DNA of 64,000 nt from Bacteroidota bacterium (GCA_029262835.1 JAJCYQ010000095.1:71573-135572), one strand, 5' to 3'. Numbered from the stretch's first letter, positions 18,270 to 28,713 are shown. The notes: a model not told the origin generated them from the sequence alone. Numbers and translations are program-made.

Positions 18270-19252
18270 CACGGACTTCCCATAGAGCCCCGACACGTGT
18301 AGCCGACCTCGTCGAGGGACTGCGAAACGGACACCGCGCCAGTCTCGGCCGCGCGTTGACACTCGTTGAGAGTCGTCATGCATCTGACATGGAGCATGCT
18401 GCCGTTCTTCTCGACGCCTGTCTTCCGTTCTGCGACAAGGCGCGAAGTTTGGCCGTGACCGGCGTTCCCGGCGCGGGCAAATCAACACTTGTAGACGACG
18501 TCGGTATGCGACTGGTCGAGGCCGGACACCGCGTCGCCGTACTGGCCGTTGACCCGAGTTCCCTTCGGACGGGCGGGAGTATCCTTGGTGACAAAACCCG
18601 GATGGAGCGGCTCTCCCGCTCCGAAGCAGCGTTTATTCGCCCATCTCCCACCAGCGGTGCACTGGGTGGTGTCGCTGCGCATACGAGGCGATCCATGATA
18701 CTGTGTGCCGCCGCCGGTTACGACCGCATCGTCGTGGAAACGGTTGGGGTTGGCCAGAGTGAAGTGGCCGTAGCGGCACTTGTTCAATGCGTTGTCCTGG
18801 TACTACTGGCGGGGGCCGGAGATGGCTTGCAGGGCATAAAGCGTGGCGTCCTCGAGATTCCGGATATTGTCGTTTTCAATAAGGAGGACGTCGTCAGGAA
18901 GGAGCTCCAGGAAACGGCCATCCATCATACGGCCGATGCCATGCACATCATGCGACCCGACCTGTCCGTTCCGGTTTTCGGTACGTCTGCGACAACCGGT
19001 CATGGCATGGAGCGCCTTCTCCATGAGCTGCAGGAAGTCCTGGAGACAAGCCGGAGACCCTTTTTGCCCGATACCTCGACGCTCTTCAAGGAGAGCGTCG
19101 AGCAGCTCATAGCCCACGCCCTCGAACGCACAGATGGGCCGTTTCGCCCTCTCCTGGATGCGGCACATGAGCAGGGAGCGGACGACGGTCCCTGGCGCGC
19201 GGCCACCTGGTTCTATCGCGAACTCAGCACAAAGCTGTCCAAAAACCCATGA
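18266..19252 (+). CDS. meaB: Methylmalonyl-CoA mutase accessory GTPase MeaB/ArgK
   Basis: GTG start overlapping the mutB TGA (GTGA). P-loop [10 protein letters not shown], plus [27 protein letters not shown] and an NKxD-like FNKEDV. Confidence 0.9.
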   Translation: MTRTSHRAPTRVADLVEGLRNGHRASLGRALTLVESRHASDMEHAAVLLDACLPFCDKARSLAVTGVPGAGKSTLVDDVGMRLVEAGHRVAVLAVDPSSLRTGGSILGDKTRMERLSRSEAAFIRPSPTSGALGGVAAHTRRSMILCAAAGYDRIVVETVGVGQSEVAVAALVQCVVLVLLAGAGDGLQGIKRGVLEIPDIVVFNKEDVVRKELQETAIHHTADAMHIMRPDLSVPVFGTSATTGHGMERLLHELQEVLETSRRPFLPDTSTLFKESVEQLIAHALERTDGPFRPLLDAAHEQGADDGPWRAATWFYRELSTKLSKNP

Positions 19253-19590
19253 TTGTAAGAATCTGGCACGGATACACGACCTTTTCAAATGCCGATGCAT
19301 ATGAGGCCCTGTTACAGGACGCGGTCATTCCGGGCATTGAAGAAAAATGTATTCCTGGGTATCGATCTATCGACGTGCTACGGCGCCGGCGGGAGGCGGA
19401 CGTTGAATTCGTGACCATGATGACTTTTGACCGCCTTGAGGACGTCAAGGACTTCCAAGGCGAAGACTTTGAGAAAGCCTATGTCCCTGAGGCCGCGCAG
19501 CGCCTTCTCTCCCATTGGGATGCCGTGAGTACGCACTATGAACTCCGGCACAGGGCCCCGTCAGGCGAGTGCTCTGACGGCCGTCTGTAG
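19249..19590 (+). CDS. Small ABM-like (dimeric alpha/beta-barrel) protein, function unknown
   Basis: 113-aa ORF with an ATGA overlap with mea[12 protein letters not shown]...VEFVTMMTFDRLEDVKDF resembles antibiotic-biosynthesis-monooxygenase-fold proteins. The assignment is weak. Confidence 0.55.
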   Translation: MIVRIWHGYTTFSNADAYEALLQDAVIPGIEEKCIPGYRSIDVLRRRREADVEFVTMMTFDRLEDVKDFQGEDFEKAYVPEAAQRLLSHWDAVSTHYELRHRAPSGECSDGRL

Positions 19591-21015
19591 ACGTTCACAC
19601 GTCGCGTCCCGGCCCAGGTACACCAGAAGGTCGAACAGTCCCGGTCCGTGGGATACGCCACTCACGGCGAGACGTACCGGATGAATGAGGCGCCCCGCCC
19701 CGGCACCGTGCTGTTCTGCCGTACTCCTGAGACACGATTCCAGCGACTCGGCTGTCCAGTCCGGGAGCGCCGCGAGTGCTTCCCGGTACGCCGTCACCAG
19801 TCCTGGCGAGTCATCCTTCCATCTCTTCTTGACGGCGGCCTCATCCCAGGTTTCGGGAGCGCGAAAAAGATAATCGAAGGCAACGAGGTCAGACGCAAAC
19901 GCCATCCTTTCGTGCATGAGCGTTGCTGCCTCAACGGCCCGGTCCTGGCTGACGTCCCCATAGGCGGCGCGCAATGCTTCCATCTGACCGCCTGCTATGG
20001 CCTCGGGCGTCATGCCTCGCAGGTGCTGGCCGTTGAACCATGCCAATTTGTCCTTGTCGAACTGGACGCCAGACTGTCCCACCCGATCAAGGGAGAACGC
20101 ATCTGTAAGACCTTGCAGTGAAAATATTTCCTGCTCTCCCGGTGGATGCCACCCGAGCAATGCAAGGTAATTCAGCAGCGCTTCCGGTTCGTACCCTGCT
20201 GCCCTGTACTCCTTGACGAAAACCGGAATCCCCTGACGCTCTGCATTGCGTTTCGACAACTTTCCTCCCGTCGGGCTCAGAATAAGCGGAAGATGCGCCA
20301 TGTGTGGTACATCCCACCCAAATGCATCGTAGAGCAGCACGTGTTTGGGTGTAGAGGACAGCCATTCCTCGCCGCGCACGACGTGCGATATCTGCATATC
20401 GTGATCGTCGACCACGTTGGCCAGATGGTAGGTTGGCAGCCCATCTGATTTCCGAAGAATCTGGTCGTCGACTTCATCGGTCCGGAAACTGACCTCGCCG
20501 CGAACCAGATCCGTAAAAACCACGTCCGATCCAGGTTCAACACGAAGGCGAATGACGTACGGCTCACCACCAGAAATCCGTGCCGCAACTTCATTCGCGC
20601 TGAGCGTAAGGCTGTTCTTCATGTGGGACCGCGTGGACCAATCGTATCTCGGATTGGGATTCGCGTCCGTCGCCAGACGCACACGCATTTCCTCGATCTC
20701 GGCTGGTGTGTCGAACGCCACGTAGGCACGACCAGCATCCAGAAGACGCGTCAGAGCTGCGTCGTACAGGTCTGTTCTCTCAGACTGCCGATAGCTGCCC
20801 GTCTGTGGTCCTTCATCCACGTCCAGACCTGCCCACTGCAGGCTGTCTACGATGTCCTGCTCCGCATCCCCAACGAACCGGCTCCGGTCTGTATCCTCAA
20901 TACGAAGAATGAATACGCCTCCGCTCTTACGCGCAAGAAGCCAGTTGTACAGGGCCGTTCGGAGGCCACCGATATGCAGATAGCCGGTTGGACTGGGGGC
21001 GAATCGTACTCTCAT
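19561..21015 (-). CDS. gltX: Glutamyl-tRNA synthetase
   Basis: 484-aa ORF with class I signatures: HIGG (SPTGYLHIGGLRTAL) and KMSKS-type GGKLSKRN. Confidence 0.95.
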   Translation of the reverse strand: MRVRFAPSPTGYLHIGGLRTALYNWLLARKSGGVFILRIEDTDRSRFVGDAEQDIVDSLQWAGLDVDEGPQTGSYRQSERTDLYDAALTRLLDAGRAYVAFDTPAEIEEMRVRLATDANPNPRYDWSTRSHMKNSLTLSANEVAARISGGEPYVIRLRVEPGSDVVFTDLVRGEVSFRTDEVDDQILRKSDGLPTYHLANVVDDHDMQISHVVRGEEWLSSTPKHVLLYDAFGWDVPHMAHLPLILSPTGGKLSKRNAERQGIPVFVKEYRAAGYEPEALLNYLALLGWHPPGEQEIFSLQGLTDAFSLDRVGQSGVQFDKDKLAWFNGQHLRGMTPEAIAGGQMEALRAAYGDVSQDRAVEAATLMHERMAFASDLVAFDYLFRAPETWDEAAVKKRWKDDSPGLVTAYREALAALPDWTAESLESCLRSTAEQHGAGAGRLIHPVRLAVSGVSHGPGLFDLLVYLGRDATCERLQTAVRALA

Positions 21016-21119
21016 GTGCCGCTCTGGGTGTGCTGCTTAAGGTGTTTGATCAATCGACGTGACGATCATCAACCGAAAGTAACACCGGACACATGGCGGC
21101 GCCGTGAAAACGCGTATAA

Positions 21120-21629
21120 TCAGCGGTCGTCCAGCGAATCGGCCTCGACCGTAATGCCCGGGTAGAACACGTGGATGTAACTCTGTCGCACGGTAACAGG
21201 CCTACCGATGTCTACTGGAGCGGTAAAGTCCACCGTCTCCATTTCGGTCGATACCACAGGCTCGGACGAGCCTACGATTCCCGGTGCAAGAATGCCAATC
21301 AGGAATACCACGCCAAGTGTCACGGAGGCCGTTCGGATGGTAACCGATCGCCGTTCCCTCCAGACGGGACCACGCTCAAGCAGGCGATCGTGGCGACTTC
21401 CGGCCGCCTTCATACGAGCCAGGCGTTTGAAAAACCCTTCATCTCCCGATGGGGATGGGACCAGGATTTCCTGACGACTCATCCTGCGGAACGCCAGGAC
21501 AGATTCCATCGTGACCTGACATTCAGCGCACTCGGAAAGGTGACTGAACAACGACTGTTGTCTCGCCGTCGGCAGTTCGCCGTCGAGATACAGATTAAGA
21601 TCCTCTTCGAGCAGTAATGGACACGTCAT
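21120..21629 (-). CDS. Anti-sigma factor (zf-HC2 type, one TM segment)
   Basis: N-terminal HLSECAECQ (H-x3-C-x2-C) and a hydrophobic segment, VTLGVVFLIGILAPGIV. Four-nt overlap with the upstream sigma gene. Confidence 0.7.
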   Translation of the reverse strand: MTCPLLLEEDLNLYLDGELPTARQQSLFSHLSECAECQVTMESVLAFRRMSRQEILVPSPSGDEGFFKRLARMKAAGSRHDRLLERGPVWRERRSVTIRTASVTLGVVFLIGILAPGIVGSSEPVVSTEMETVDFTAPVDIGRPVTVRQSYIHVFYPGITVEADSLDDR

Positions 21630-22198
21630 ACAGACCTCCCAGCCTCGAGGCGACGGAGACGTCTGGCCTCAGCTTCCTGCATGCGCTCGGATAATTTCCG
21701 GCGCGCCTTGAACAATCGCGATTTGACGGAACTCAAAGAACTCCGCGTCACGGCAGCAATTTCCTCGTAGTTCAGGTTCTGATATTCCCGCAGAATAATA
21801 ACCTCCCGGTATTCCGGTTTCAGCTCATGCAGGAATGCCGTCACAAACGCCACCTGCTCACTCTTGTCCATGCGGGACAATGGCGTATCGGACGAGGCCA
21901 GACTTTCGAGTGCATCCTGGCTCATGGCCACCTGGCGCCCGGATTTCCGGATCTGGTTCAGACACTGGTTGCGCGCAATCGTGAACAACCACGACTTGAA
22001 AGATGACGTCTTCATGAGTCGGTCACGATTCTCATACACCCGCAGAAAGGTCTCCTGCATGACGTCCTCGGCCTGCGCGCGATCCATGAGCATCTTGTAG
22101 GAGAAGGCGAATACCGGTGATTTGAACCGATTGTAGAGCGAGACGAACGCAAATTCATCTCCTTCCTTGAACGCTTCAATCAGATCATACTCGTTCAT
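21626..22198 (-). CDS. ECF-type RNA polymerase sigma-70 family factor
   Basis: Track ORF trimmed to the ATG at 22198 (MNEYDLIEAFKEGDEFAF...). Region 2 reads AEDVMQETFLRVYEN...FKSWLFTIARNQCLN. Region 4 reads VIILREYQNLNYEEIAAVTRSSLSSVKSRLFKARRKL. Confidence 0.85.
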   Translation of the reverse strand: MNEYDLIEAFKEGDEFAFVSLYNRFKSPVFAFSYKMLMDRAQAEDVMQETFLRVYENRDRLMKTSSFKSWLFTIARNQCLNQIRKSGRQVAMSQDALESLASSDTPLSRMDKSEQVAFVTAFLHELKPEYREVIILREYQNLNYEEIAAVTRSSLSSVKSRLFKARRKLSERMQEAEARRLRRLEAGRSV

Positions 22199-22371
22199 AT
22201 TGATACTTCCTTCACTGGTGGGCTCTCCTGTTTGACCATGAAGTATTCGCAAAGTTGCCCTCCGGTGCACGCTGCCAACGCGCTTTCTGCTGGGGAACCA
22301 TTGGCGGCTGCCTTGCGTGGACCGGTTCTTGACTCTCCCGCCCATCATTTTGCGCACGTATCACTATTGTA

Positions 22372-24351
22372 ATGAGACTCCCACTTTTTCTGTCTCTAAC
22401 AGCCCTTCTGTTTCTGGCAGCATGCCGTACGGCTGGACCTTCCGCCATACAATCCACTCCCGCAACGGGTCCCGGACCTGTCGCTGTAATTGACGGCCAA
22501 CCGCTGACGCAGACTGACTTTGAAGAGCAGTACGCCAGAGCACTTTCCACAAGCGCGGACTCCATTGAAGGTCGATCGGAATTTCTGGACCGGTATGTCA
22601 ATTACCGACTGAAAGTCCTTGAAGCTCGTCGCGCAGGCTACGCAGATCGTCCCGATGTGCAACAGGAAATCCAGTCCTACCGTTCACAACTCGCCCGTCC
22701 CTACCTCGTCGGGCGGGAGGTTACCGACCCACTTGTAAGGCAGTTGTACGAGCGCCGAAAAGAGGCCGTGAAGGCGTCCCATATTCTGGTAACGGTCTCC
22801 CCTGACGCTCCGCCCGCCGATACCCTCGCTGCCTATGAGCGCATTGCTGCCCTGCGGGATTCTGCGCTCGCTGGTGTTGAATTTGGTCGCCTGGCACGAG
22901 ACTACTCCCAGGATCCTTCGGCCCAGCGTTCTCCGGGTGAGCCTGGTGCTGGCGGCAACCTCGGGTTTTTCGGTGGCGGGCGCATGGTTCAGCCGTTTGA
23001 GGACTATGCGTACGACACGCCCGTAGGCGGAATCTCGCCCGTGTTCCGGACACAGTTCGGATACCACATTCTGAAAGTGGATGCCCGGCGCGCACTTCCC
23101 CCGGCGCGTGAACTGGCACATATCATGATCCAGCCGCGGGGTCCCTCTCCCGTCGACTCGGCCGATGCCCGGCGGCGTGTATCGCTGGCCCTCGAGCGCC
23201 TTCAGGCCGGAGAATCGTTCGCCGCTGTCGCCGAAGAATTGTCCGATGATCGCAACTCAGCCCAAAATGGAGGCAATATCGGACTGTTGGGATTCGATCA
23301 GGGGCTTCCTGACGCCATGCGCGACTCGGCCTTTGCCCTGTCTGCGCCGGGTATGTTCTCCGGACCAGCCCAGACACGCTTCGGATATCACATCATGACA
23401 TATCTGCGTGAAGAGCCACTTGGAACGCTCGAGGAGGAATATGAAACCCTCAAACAACAGGTCGCAAGCCTGCCGCGAGCCCAGGAGGCACAAACGGCAT
23501 TTTCCCGCTCACTCCGCGCCGAACTCGGTGACTCCATTCACGCGGCAGTGATAGACAGCTGGGTCGCCAATATGCCCGGTGATTCCCTGTATCGCGCCCT
23601 TATCCAGGGGGCCTTTACGCCGGAAGAGGAAGAACGTGTTCTGGCCACGCTCGGAGATTCTACATGGACCGTGGCAGACTACCAGACGTGGTTCCGCTCA
23701 TCCCGACTGCCATCGGCTTCGGGAGACGTCCGCGAAAACGTGCTTTCCTCACTCGAGACGTTTCTTGACGAACAGGCCCTCACCTATGAAGTGGCACGCC
23801 TGGAAGACCGGAACGCGGATTTCCGTCGTACCATGCAGGAATTTCGAGACGGAATCCTCCTGTTCCGACTCATGGAAGACTCCGTATGGTCCAAGGCCTC
23901 AACAGATTCTTCCGGTCTGCGGGCGCTCTATGATACCAACCCGCAGGAATGGCGATTTCCCGAGCGTGTGGAAGTCATCTCCATGAGTGCCGGGAGTGAT
24001 TCCGTCCTGTTTGCGGCTCGCGATCAATTGCGCGCAGCAGAATCTCCCTCCACTGTATTTGCAGAACTGGAAACCCGTATCCGGGTCGATACGACATACA
24101 TCGCCTCCCGGTCGGGGTCGGCATTCGACGAGGTCCTGGATCTTGAAGAAGGTGAATTCACCGACCCGTCCCGAAGCAGTGGTCGATACATCATGCTGCG
24201 ACACAACGGCATCCAGCCCGCTCGTCAGAAAACGTTCGATGAGGCCCGTACGGAACTCATCAATCGGCACCAGGTCCTGTTGGAGATGCGACTGATGGAA
24301 CGGCTTCGGGCGCGCTATCGCGTACAGGTCTGGCCTGAGCGGCTGCCGTGA
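22372..24351 (+). CDS. Periplasmic parvulin-type peptidyl-prolyl isomerase lipoprotein (two PpiC domains, SurA/PpiD-like)
   Basis: Lipobox LLFLAAC near the N-terminus. Two parvulin-like blocks are present: ASHILV...GGNLGFFGGGRMVQPFEDYAY...FGYHILKV and AHIMIQ...GGNIGLLGFDQGLPDAM...RFGYHIMTY. Confidence 0.8.
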   Translation: MRLPLFLSLTALLFLAACRTAGPSAIQSTPATGPGPVAVIDGQPLTQTDFEEQYARALSTSADSIEGRSEFLDRYVNYRLKVLEARRAGYADRPDVQQEIQSYRSQLARPYLVGREVTDPLVRQLYERRKEAVKASHILVTVSPDAPPADTLAAYERIAALRDSALAGVEFGRLARDYSQDPSAQRSPGEPGAGGNLGFFGGGRMVQPFEDYAYDTPVGGISPVFRTQFGYHILKVDARRALPPARELAHIMIQPRGPSPVDSADARRRVSLALERLQAGESFAAVAEELSDDRNSAQNGGNIGLLGFDQGLPDAMRDSAFALSAPGMFSGPAQTRFGYHIMTYLREEPLGTLEEEYETLKQQVASLPRAQEAQTAFSRSLRAELGDSIHAAVIDSWVANMPGDSLYRALIQGAFTPEEEERVLATLGDSTWTVADYQTWFRSSRLPSASGDVRENVLSSLETFLDEQALTYEVARLEDRNADFRRTMQEFRDGILLFRLMEDSVWSKASTDSSGLRALYDTNPQEWRFPERVEVISMSAGSDSVLFAARDQLRAAESPSTVFAELETRIRVDTTYIASRSGSAFDEVLDLEEGEFTDPSRSSGRYIMLRHNGIQPARQKTFDEARTELINRHQVLLEMRLMERLRARYRVQVWPERLP

Positions 24352-25199
24352 TGAAGTTGGTCTCGGCACTCCAGGTGAGCCTGGTTCTCGTTCTGGTTTC
24401 AGCAGGATGTGCAGATACAACCATCCGTGAAACTACGGTAGCGCGCGTGGGTGATGCCGTGCTGACGCAGAGCCAGCTTGACGAGCTCTGGACAGACAGG
24501 ATGGTCCGGTCTGACAGCGCGACGGTTGCCCAGGCCATAGTGGATCAGTGGGTAGTCAATGAATTACTCTATCAGGAAGCCCTTCGGCGTGAGTTACACA
24601 CGGATAGTCTCCTCCAGCAACAGATTGAGGACAACCGTCGATCTCTACTCATTGCGCGGCTACTCGAGGAGCTGTACGCTGAAGACGCCATGGCTCCAGA
24701 TCCTACTGCCGTGGAAACCTGGTATCAACAGCACAGAGCGAGTCTGGTCCTGCGACAGCCGTACGTCCGCATCTGGTACCTCCCTGTAGATTCCACTTCG
24801 TGGACAAGTGTAATCGTCGACGAACTTGCCCGAGCAGAGACCGATACCGCATTTTCCCGCCTCATTGATACCTATTCGGTGCAAAAGGAGCAGTCCAGGT
24901 ACTTTGCCTCGGGCCTCCTCCCGTTATCGCTTGTCTTCTCGCAACACGCCAGTATGCGCGAACGTGTCGGTCAGTTAACGGAAGGAGACATTGTGCCCCC
25001 CCTGTCTGACGATGGATTGGTTCACGTAATGAAACTTGTCGAACGCGTTCCGGCGGGTACTATTCCCGACCTTAATATGATCCGATCCGAAATTGAGCAG
25101 CGGATCCTGATAGAGTCTCGGAAACAGTTGTTTGCACGACAGGTTCAACGCCTCCGAACAGCGGCAGAGGCGCGTGATGACCTGTTTGCCCGGGAATGA
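24351..25199 (+). CDS. SurA-N/parvulin-like lipoprotein (degenerate PPIase domain)
   Basis: ATG at 24351 overlaps the preceding TGA; the track begins at an in-frame GTG at 24348. Lipobox LVSAGC. The SurA-N-like segment is ARVGDAVLTQSQLDEL...VNELLYQEALR. No clear catalytic parvulin motif. Confidence 0.6.
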   Translation: MKLVSALQVSLVLVLVSAGCADTTIRETTVARVGDAVLTQSQLDELWTDRMVRSDSATVAQAIVDQWVVNELLYQEALRRELHTDSLLQQQIEDNRRSLLIARLLEELYAEDAMAPDPTAVETWYQQHRASLVLRQPYVRIWYLPVDSTSWTSVIVDELARAETDTAFSRLIDTYSVQKEQSRYFASGLLPLSLVFSQHASMRERVGQLTEGDIVPPLSDDGLVHVMKLVERVPAGTIPDLNMIRSEIEQRILIESRKQLFARQVQRLRTAAEARDDLFARE

Positions 25200-25230
25200 A
25201 TCGCGTGTCGCCTCTGCTGCAACGCCTGAT

Positions 25231-25268
25231 GGGCGGACGCATGCTGCGCCCGCCCTCATTGTTTGTTG
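25231..25268 (+). terminator. Possible intrinsic terminator after the second chaperone gene
   Basis: GGGCGG-a-CGCA-tgc-TGCG-c-CCGCCC, a 10-bp stem with one internal mismatch, followed by TCATTGTTTGTTGG. The T-tract is interrupted. Confidence 0.4.
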
Positions 25269-25295
25269 GCCATCTGTTCCTATCGCACGTTTTAA

Positions 25296-26675
25296 ATGGT
25301 TTCCAAAAACTACATGACCATCCCCTCCTGGCGGCTGATCCTTCTTTTCAGCCTTGTCCTCCTGCCTGCGACTGCCCAGGCCCAGGACGATATGGTACTC
25401 GACGAAATCGTAGCGGTTGTGGGATCAGATATCATTCTGGCCTCTGACGTGGATGGCTTTGTACTCGGCGTCATGAATCAGCAGGGAATGCCGTTTTCAG
25501 AGGAACTCTGGGACAGGGCACTTCAGCAGATCATTGACGAAAAGGTCCTGGTAATTCACGCAAAACGTGATACCAACATCGTCGTCGGCGACCAACAGGT
25601 TGAGCAGATGCTGGACGGTCGAGTTTCCCAGATGGCCGCACGCATGGGAGGAGAGAGCCGACTCGAGGCCCTCTATGGAAAGTCTGTACTGGAATTGAAG
25701 GCGGAATTCAGGGACGAAATCCGTGACCAGGCCCTCTCGGAGCAGATCCGCAACCAGAAACTGCGCAATGTCCGTGCTACACCGTCCGACGTGGAGGCGT
25801 GGCTCAGTCAGATCCCGACCGACTCTCTGCCAACCATCCCCGACATGGTACGTATTTCGCATATCGTAGCGTTACCGGAAATTACAGACGAGGCGCGTGA
25901 GGAGGCCATGGAAATCATTTCTACCATCCGTGACACCGTATTGGCTGGCGGTGCCACGATGGAGGAGATGGCTGAACTGTTCTCCGATGATCCCGGTTCG
26001 GCTCCGAATGGTGGTCTGTATGAAGACATGGCGCTGTCCGATCTTGTACCCGAATTTGCCGCGGTCGCCTCCCGTTCACCCATCGGTGTATACAGCCCCA
26101 TATTCGAAACGCAGTTCGGGCTCCATTTCCTGCGTATCAACGCCCGGCGCGGTGACCGCATCGACTACAACCATATTCTGATTTCATTCGATGAGTCAGA
26201 CAGCGATGCTGAACCAGCCCGGGCGTTGCTTACAACGCTTCGTGATTCCATTCTCACAGGAAGGGTTACATTCGAAAAATTGGCCAGGGAGTTTTCCGAG
26301 GAAGAAGCTTCACGCACACGGGCGGGTGCTGTGATCGACCCCAATACGGGAGAGAATACACTGTTCGTCGAAGCCCTCGGTCCACTCTGGCAGGAGACAC
26401 TTTCTGGTCTCGAAGAGGGTGACATTTCAGAGCCGAGGGAGGTTACGCTTCTTGACGGCCGCCGGGCTTATCATATTGTGCGCCTTGAGGAACGCATTCC
26501 AGAGCACAAGGTATCGATCGAGACCGATTACGCCCTCATTGAGCGTCGTGCCCTCCAGGACAAACAGGACCGGGTCATGCGAGAATGGATGGAGCAGCTC
26601 AAGGAAACGGTCTACATTGAACTACGTGGTCGTGCGCTCCGGACGACCACGGCAGCCAACACACCGAACAACTGA
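25296..26675 (+). CDS. surA: Periplasmic chaperone / PPIase SurA
   Basis: Signal peptide LILLFSLVLLPATAQAQ. SurA-N segment: VLDEIVAVVGSDIILASDVD. Parvulin blocks: ISHIVALP...GGLYEDMALSDLVPEF...FGLHFLRI and a second, partial one. The start could be the ATG at 25314 instead. Confidence 0.8.
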   Translation: MVSKNYMTIPSWRLILLFSLVLLPATAQAQDDMVLDEIVAVVGSDIILASDVDGFVLGVMNQQGMPFSEELWDRALQQIIDEKVLVIHAKRDTNIVVGDQQVEQMLDGRVSQMAARMGGESRLEALYGKSVLELKAEFRDEIRDQALSEQIRNQKLRNVRATPSDVEAWLSQIPTDSLPTIPDMVRISHIVALPEITDEAREEAMEIISTIRDTVLAGGATMEEMAELFSDDPGSAPNGGLYEDMALSDLVPEFAAVASRSPIGVYSPIFETQFGLHFLRINARRGDRIDYNHILISFDESDSDAEPARALLTTLRDSILTGRVTFEKLAREFSEEEASRTRAGAVIDPNTGENTLFVEALGPLWQETLSGLEEGDISEPREVTLLDGRRAYHIVRLEERIPEHKVSIETDYALIERRALQDKQDRVMREWMEQLKETVYIELRGRALRTTTAANTPNN

Positions 26676-26678
26676 CAC

Positions 26679-27668
26679 ATGGAAATCAAGACATCGCCCG
26701 AGACCATTGACCATCTCCACGCCGGGTACAAATCCCTCCGGTCTGAAATTGCCAAGGTCATCGTAGGCCAGGACGATGTCATCCACAGGATCATTGTATC
26801 CATTCTGTGTCGAGGCCACGTACTTCTCATCGGTGTTCCGGGTCTCGCCAAAACGCTGCTCATCCATACGATATCCGAGGCGGTGGAACTGGACTTCAAT
26901 CGCATCCAATTCACGCCCGACCTCATGCCGTCGGACATCACGGGTACGGAGATCATAGAGCAGGACCGCTCGACGGGAGGCCGTGAGTTCAAGTTCGTGA
27001 AGGGCCCCGTATTTGCCAATGTCGTGCTGGCCGACGAGATCAATCGTACGCCCCCCAAGACACAGGCGGCTCTCCTGGAAGCTATGCAGGAGCACCGCGT
27101 CACGGCGGCTGGCCACACGTACGCACTGCCGGAGCCATTTTTTGTACTGGCCACACAGAACCCCATTGAGCAGGAAGGCACCTACCCGCTGCCTGAAGCG
27201 CAGCTTGACCGGTTCATGCTGAACCTGTGGCTGGATTATCCGACATTCGAACAGGAGGTCGAAGTGGTGCGGCAGACGACCTCAGCGCGCACGAGCAAGG
27301 TCGCGTGCGTCATGACGGCCCAGGACATACTGACCTATCAGCAGTTCATCCGGGAAATCCCCGTTGCTGACAATGTGATCGAATATGCCGTCCGACTCGT
27401 TGGAAAGACACGCCCTGGCAGCACTGCGGCCCCCGATTTCGTGAATCAGTACCTCAGCTATGGCGCCGGCCCGCGTGCATCCCAGTACCTGATCATGGGC
27501 GCCAAGACCATGGCCGCCCTCGACGGACGTCTGACACCATCAATCAGTGATGTAAACAGCCTGGCTATCTCTGTTTTGCGTCACAGGATCGTGTCGAACT
27601 TCACAGCCGAAGCCGAAGGCGTGACTTCCGTGGAAGTCATAGAGCGCCTCATGGAGCATTCGGTCTGA
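26679..27668 (+). CDS. MoxR-family AAA+ ATPase
   Basis: Walker A GVPGLAKT, Walker B VLADEINRTPPKTQAALLEAMQE and FVLATQNPIEQEGTYPLPEAQLDRF, a typical MoxR pattern. Confidence 0.9.
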   Translation: MEIKTSPETIDHLHAGYKSLRSEIAKVIVGQDDVIHRIIVSILCRGHVLLIGVPGLAKTLLIHTISEAVELDFNRIQFTPDLMPSDITGTEIIEQDRSTGGREFKFVKGPVFANVVLADEINRTPPKTQAALLEAMQEHRVTAAGHTYALPEPFFVLATQNPIEQEGTYPLPEAQLDRFMLNLWLDYPTFEQEVEVVRQTTSARTSKVACVMTAQDILTYQQFIREIPVADNVIEYAVRLVGKTRPGSTAAPDFVNQYLSYGAGPRASQYLIMGAKTMAALDGRLTPSISDVNSLAISVLRHRIVSNFTAEAEGVTSVEVIERLMEHSV

Positions 27669-28713
27669 CCACGCTGCTCATGAGTACAGACATCGGGCGA
27701 AGTGGGCCGATGTTCTCAAATACGATCTTGAGCGTTGCCGTAGTAGGTACGGCAAGGATCATACCCCAGAGTCCCCAGAGCCAGCCCCATGTGATAAGCG
27801 AGACCAGGATGAGCAACGGGCTCAGGTTCAGACTGAATCCCATGATCCGTGGCTCCAGCACATTTCCCATCGTGAGCTGAAGCGCCCCCAGTCCCAGGAT
27901 CACGACAAGTGGAACGACCAGCGTGTCGTACTGGAGAAGGCTGACAGCAAACGGAAAAAGCACGGCAATCGTGCTGCCGATATTGGGGATGTAGTTGAGC
28001 AGAAAGGCCAGAAAACCCCATACGAGCGGGAAATCCACGCCCAGAATAAACAGAACGAGCCAGGTCAGAGCTCCGGTACCGAGGCTGATCAGCGTTTTCG
28101 TTACCAGGTATTTTCGAACCTGCTCGTCCACGTTCGATACCAGGTTGGCAATTTTGTGCGCCTGTGATTCGGGAAACGCTACGCGGATTTTTTCTGCCAG
28201 TTCACCGCTACCCGCCAAAATGAAGAGCATGAAGAGCAGCACCAGGAATGTTGTGCTGACGAAACTGATGAACGAGCCTACACCACTCGTCACGGCTGCC
28301 GACACACTCGACCAGTCGAAGGCATCGGACCATTCCACCTCGGCGACATCAACATTGAATCGTGAAGCGGATGCCAGCAGAAACGCTTCCACATCGCTCA
28401 CGATGACAGCAGCCTTGGCCTCATACTTGGGAAGCTCTTCGATGAATGACTGCGTCGAGGAAAACAGCACCCATCCAACCAGAAACAGAACCGCTGACGA
28501 GACGATAAGTACCATAAAAAGGGCCACCGCCATGGGTACCCTCTTGGCCCTGAGCCATAGAATACCCGGCTTGAAAATCACGGAAAGCAGAATGGCCAGG
28601 ACCAGCGGCATGAGCACAACTTTCAGTTGCAGGAGCGTAACGCCCAGCAGGAAGACCGCGATCAGGCCCAGAAAGATCAGAAACAGGTTACTATGTTGCG
28701 GATCTGATACCAT
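27649..28713 (-). CDS. AI-2E (PerM/YhhT) family transporter
   Basis: Polytopic membrane protein with the family-typical C-terminal block NYIPNIGSTIAVLFPF...LEPRIMGFSLNLSPLLILVSLITWGWLWGLWGMILAVP. ATG at 28713; the track start at 28716 is a TTG. Confidence 0.85.
   Translation of the reverse strand: MVSDPQHSNLFLIFLGLIAVFLLGVTLLQLKVVLMPLVLAILLSVIFKPGILWLRAKRVPMAVALFMVLIVSSAVLFLVGWVLFSSTQSFIEELPKYEAKAAVIVSDVEAFLLASASRFNVDVAEVEWSDAFDWSSVSAAVTSGVGSFISFVSTTFLVLLFMLFILAGSGELAEKIRVAFPESQAHKIANLVSNVDEQVRKYLVTKTLISLGTGALTWLVLFILGVDFPLVWGFLAFLLNYIPNIGSTIAVLFPFAVSLLQYDTLVVPLVVILGLGALQLTMGNVLEPRIMGFSLNLSPLLILVSLITWGWLWGLWGMILAVPTTATLKIVFENIGPLRPMSVLMSSVVRPNAP

Noticed and set aside
26679-27668. MoxR AAA+ ATPase as a possible GvpN-like partner of the GvpL/F-domain protein
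   Set aside because: It lies more than 21 kb away on the opposite strand, within the chaperone cluster. Its motifs are generic MoxR motifs. Nothing links it to the gvpL/F-like gene.
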